From: Chiloscyllium plagiosum
Lineage: Eukaryota
Assembly (NCBI RefSeq): GCF_004010195.1
Contig: NC_057719.1
Span: 8,968,221-9,000,831, forward strand
Reading direction: 5' to 3'
Length of the DNA: 32,611 nucleotides
Part shown: positions 31,996 through 32,611 of the stretch, piece after piece
Layout: each line of letters starts with the position of its first letter
How positions within the stretch are numbered: position 1 is the first letter of the stretch
Notes under the pieces: generated by a model
What the model saw: the letters and a program-made list of their open reading frames with translations, nothing else
The model's database searches: none
Told to the model about the DNA's origin: nothing
Made by a program: the position numbers and the translations under genes

Positions 31996-32611
31996 CCTCC
32001 TGATGCTGCCCGGTTTGCTGTGTCCTTCCAGCCTCCTCCCTGTCCCTCCTGATGCTGCCTGACTTGCTGTGTTCCTCCAGCCTCCTCTCTGTCACTCCTG
32101 ATGCTGCCCGGTTTGCTGTGTCCTTCCAGCCTCCTGCCTGTCCCTCCTGATGCTGCCTGGCTTGCTGTGTTCCTCCAGCCTCCTGCCTGTCCCTCCTGAT
32201 GTTGCCTGGCTTGTTGTGTTCCTCCAGCCTCCTGCCTGTCCCTCCTGATGCTGCCTGGCTTGCTGTGTTCCTCCAGCCTCCTGCCTCTCCCTCCTGATGT
32301 TGCCTGGCTTGCTGTGTCCTTCCAGCCTCCTCCCTGTTCCTCCTGACGCTGCCTGGCTTGCTGTGTTCCCCCAGCCTCCTGCCTCTCCCTCCTGATGCTG
32401 CCTGCCTTGCTGTGTATCCCCAGCCTCCTGCCTGTCCCTTCTTATGCTACCTGGCTTGCTGTGTTCCCCCAGCCTCCTGCCTGCTCCTCCTGACACTGCC
32501 TGCCTTGCTGTGTTCTCCCAGCCTCCTGCCTGTCCCTCCTGACACTGCCTGCCTTGCTGTGTTCTCCCAGCCTCCTGCCTGTCCCTCCTGATGCTGCCTG
32601 CCTTGCTGTGT
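31996..32611. repeat. 49-bp minisatellite, at least 12.5 copies, derived from a P4 Penelope-like pLTR; runs off the window end
   Basis: Unit cctcctgatgctgcctggcttgctgtgttcctccagcctcctgcctgtc starts at 31996, 32045, 32094 and so on. It matches 30591-30639 and is preceded by ctgaagaagagttacacccgaaac. Confidence 0.95.

Noticed and set aside
32092..32591. Repetitive ORFs of 134 aa and 77 aa; CRISPR-like periodicity
   Set aside because: Translation artefacts of the 49-bp tandem repeat. There are no unique spacers, so it is not CRISPR.
1..32611. LINE orientation bias as evidence for host-gene strand
   Set aside because: CR1/HER1 fragments occur on both strands. The minus-strand excess is too small to infer a transcription direction.

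Overview
Repeat-dense vertebrate DNA, very probably from a shark (elasmobranch, plausibly a carpet/bamboo shark), judged by abundant HE1-type V-SINEs and HER1/CR1 LINE 3' fragments. I found no intact or recognisable host protein-coding gene. The supplied ORFs are TE remnants, repeat artefacts or unrecognised short frames, so the window looks intronic or intergenic. Most of it is layered TE debris: CR1/HER1, a second CR1/L2-group LINE with a SINE sharing its tail, Rex1/Babar, L2, Deu-domain SINE relics, Gypsy-like solo LTRs, a Tc1/mariner-pogo MITE, and about a dozen Penelope-like element (PLE) remnants from several families. The most notable signal is the PLE set. Several remnants carry minimal hammerhead-ribozyme cores. 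Several are 120-230 bp fold-back insertions, four with 10-17 bp target-site duplications, whose inversion junctions fall on the ribozyme core. One has seeded a 49-bp minisatellite at the window end. There is also a locally templated ~140-bp insertion with a flanking duplication, and several TE-free islands that may be conserved non-coding elements. Family names come from remembered consensus features, not database searches, and most element boundaries are approximate.
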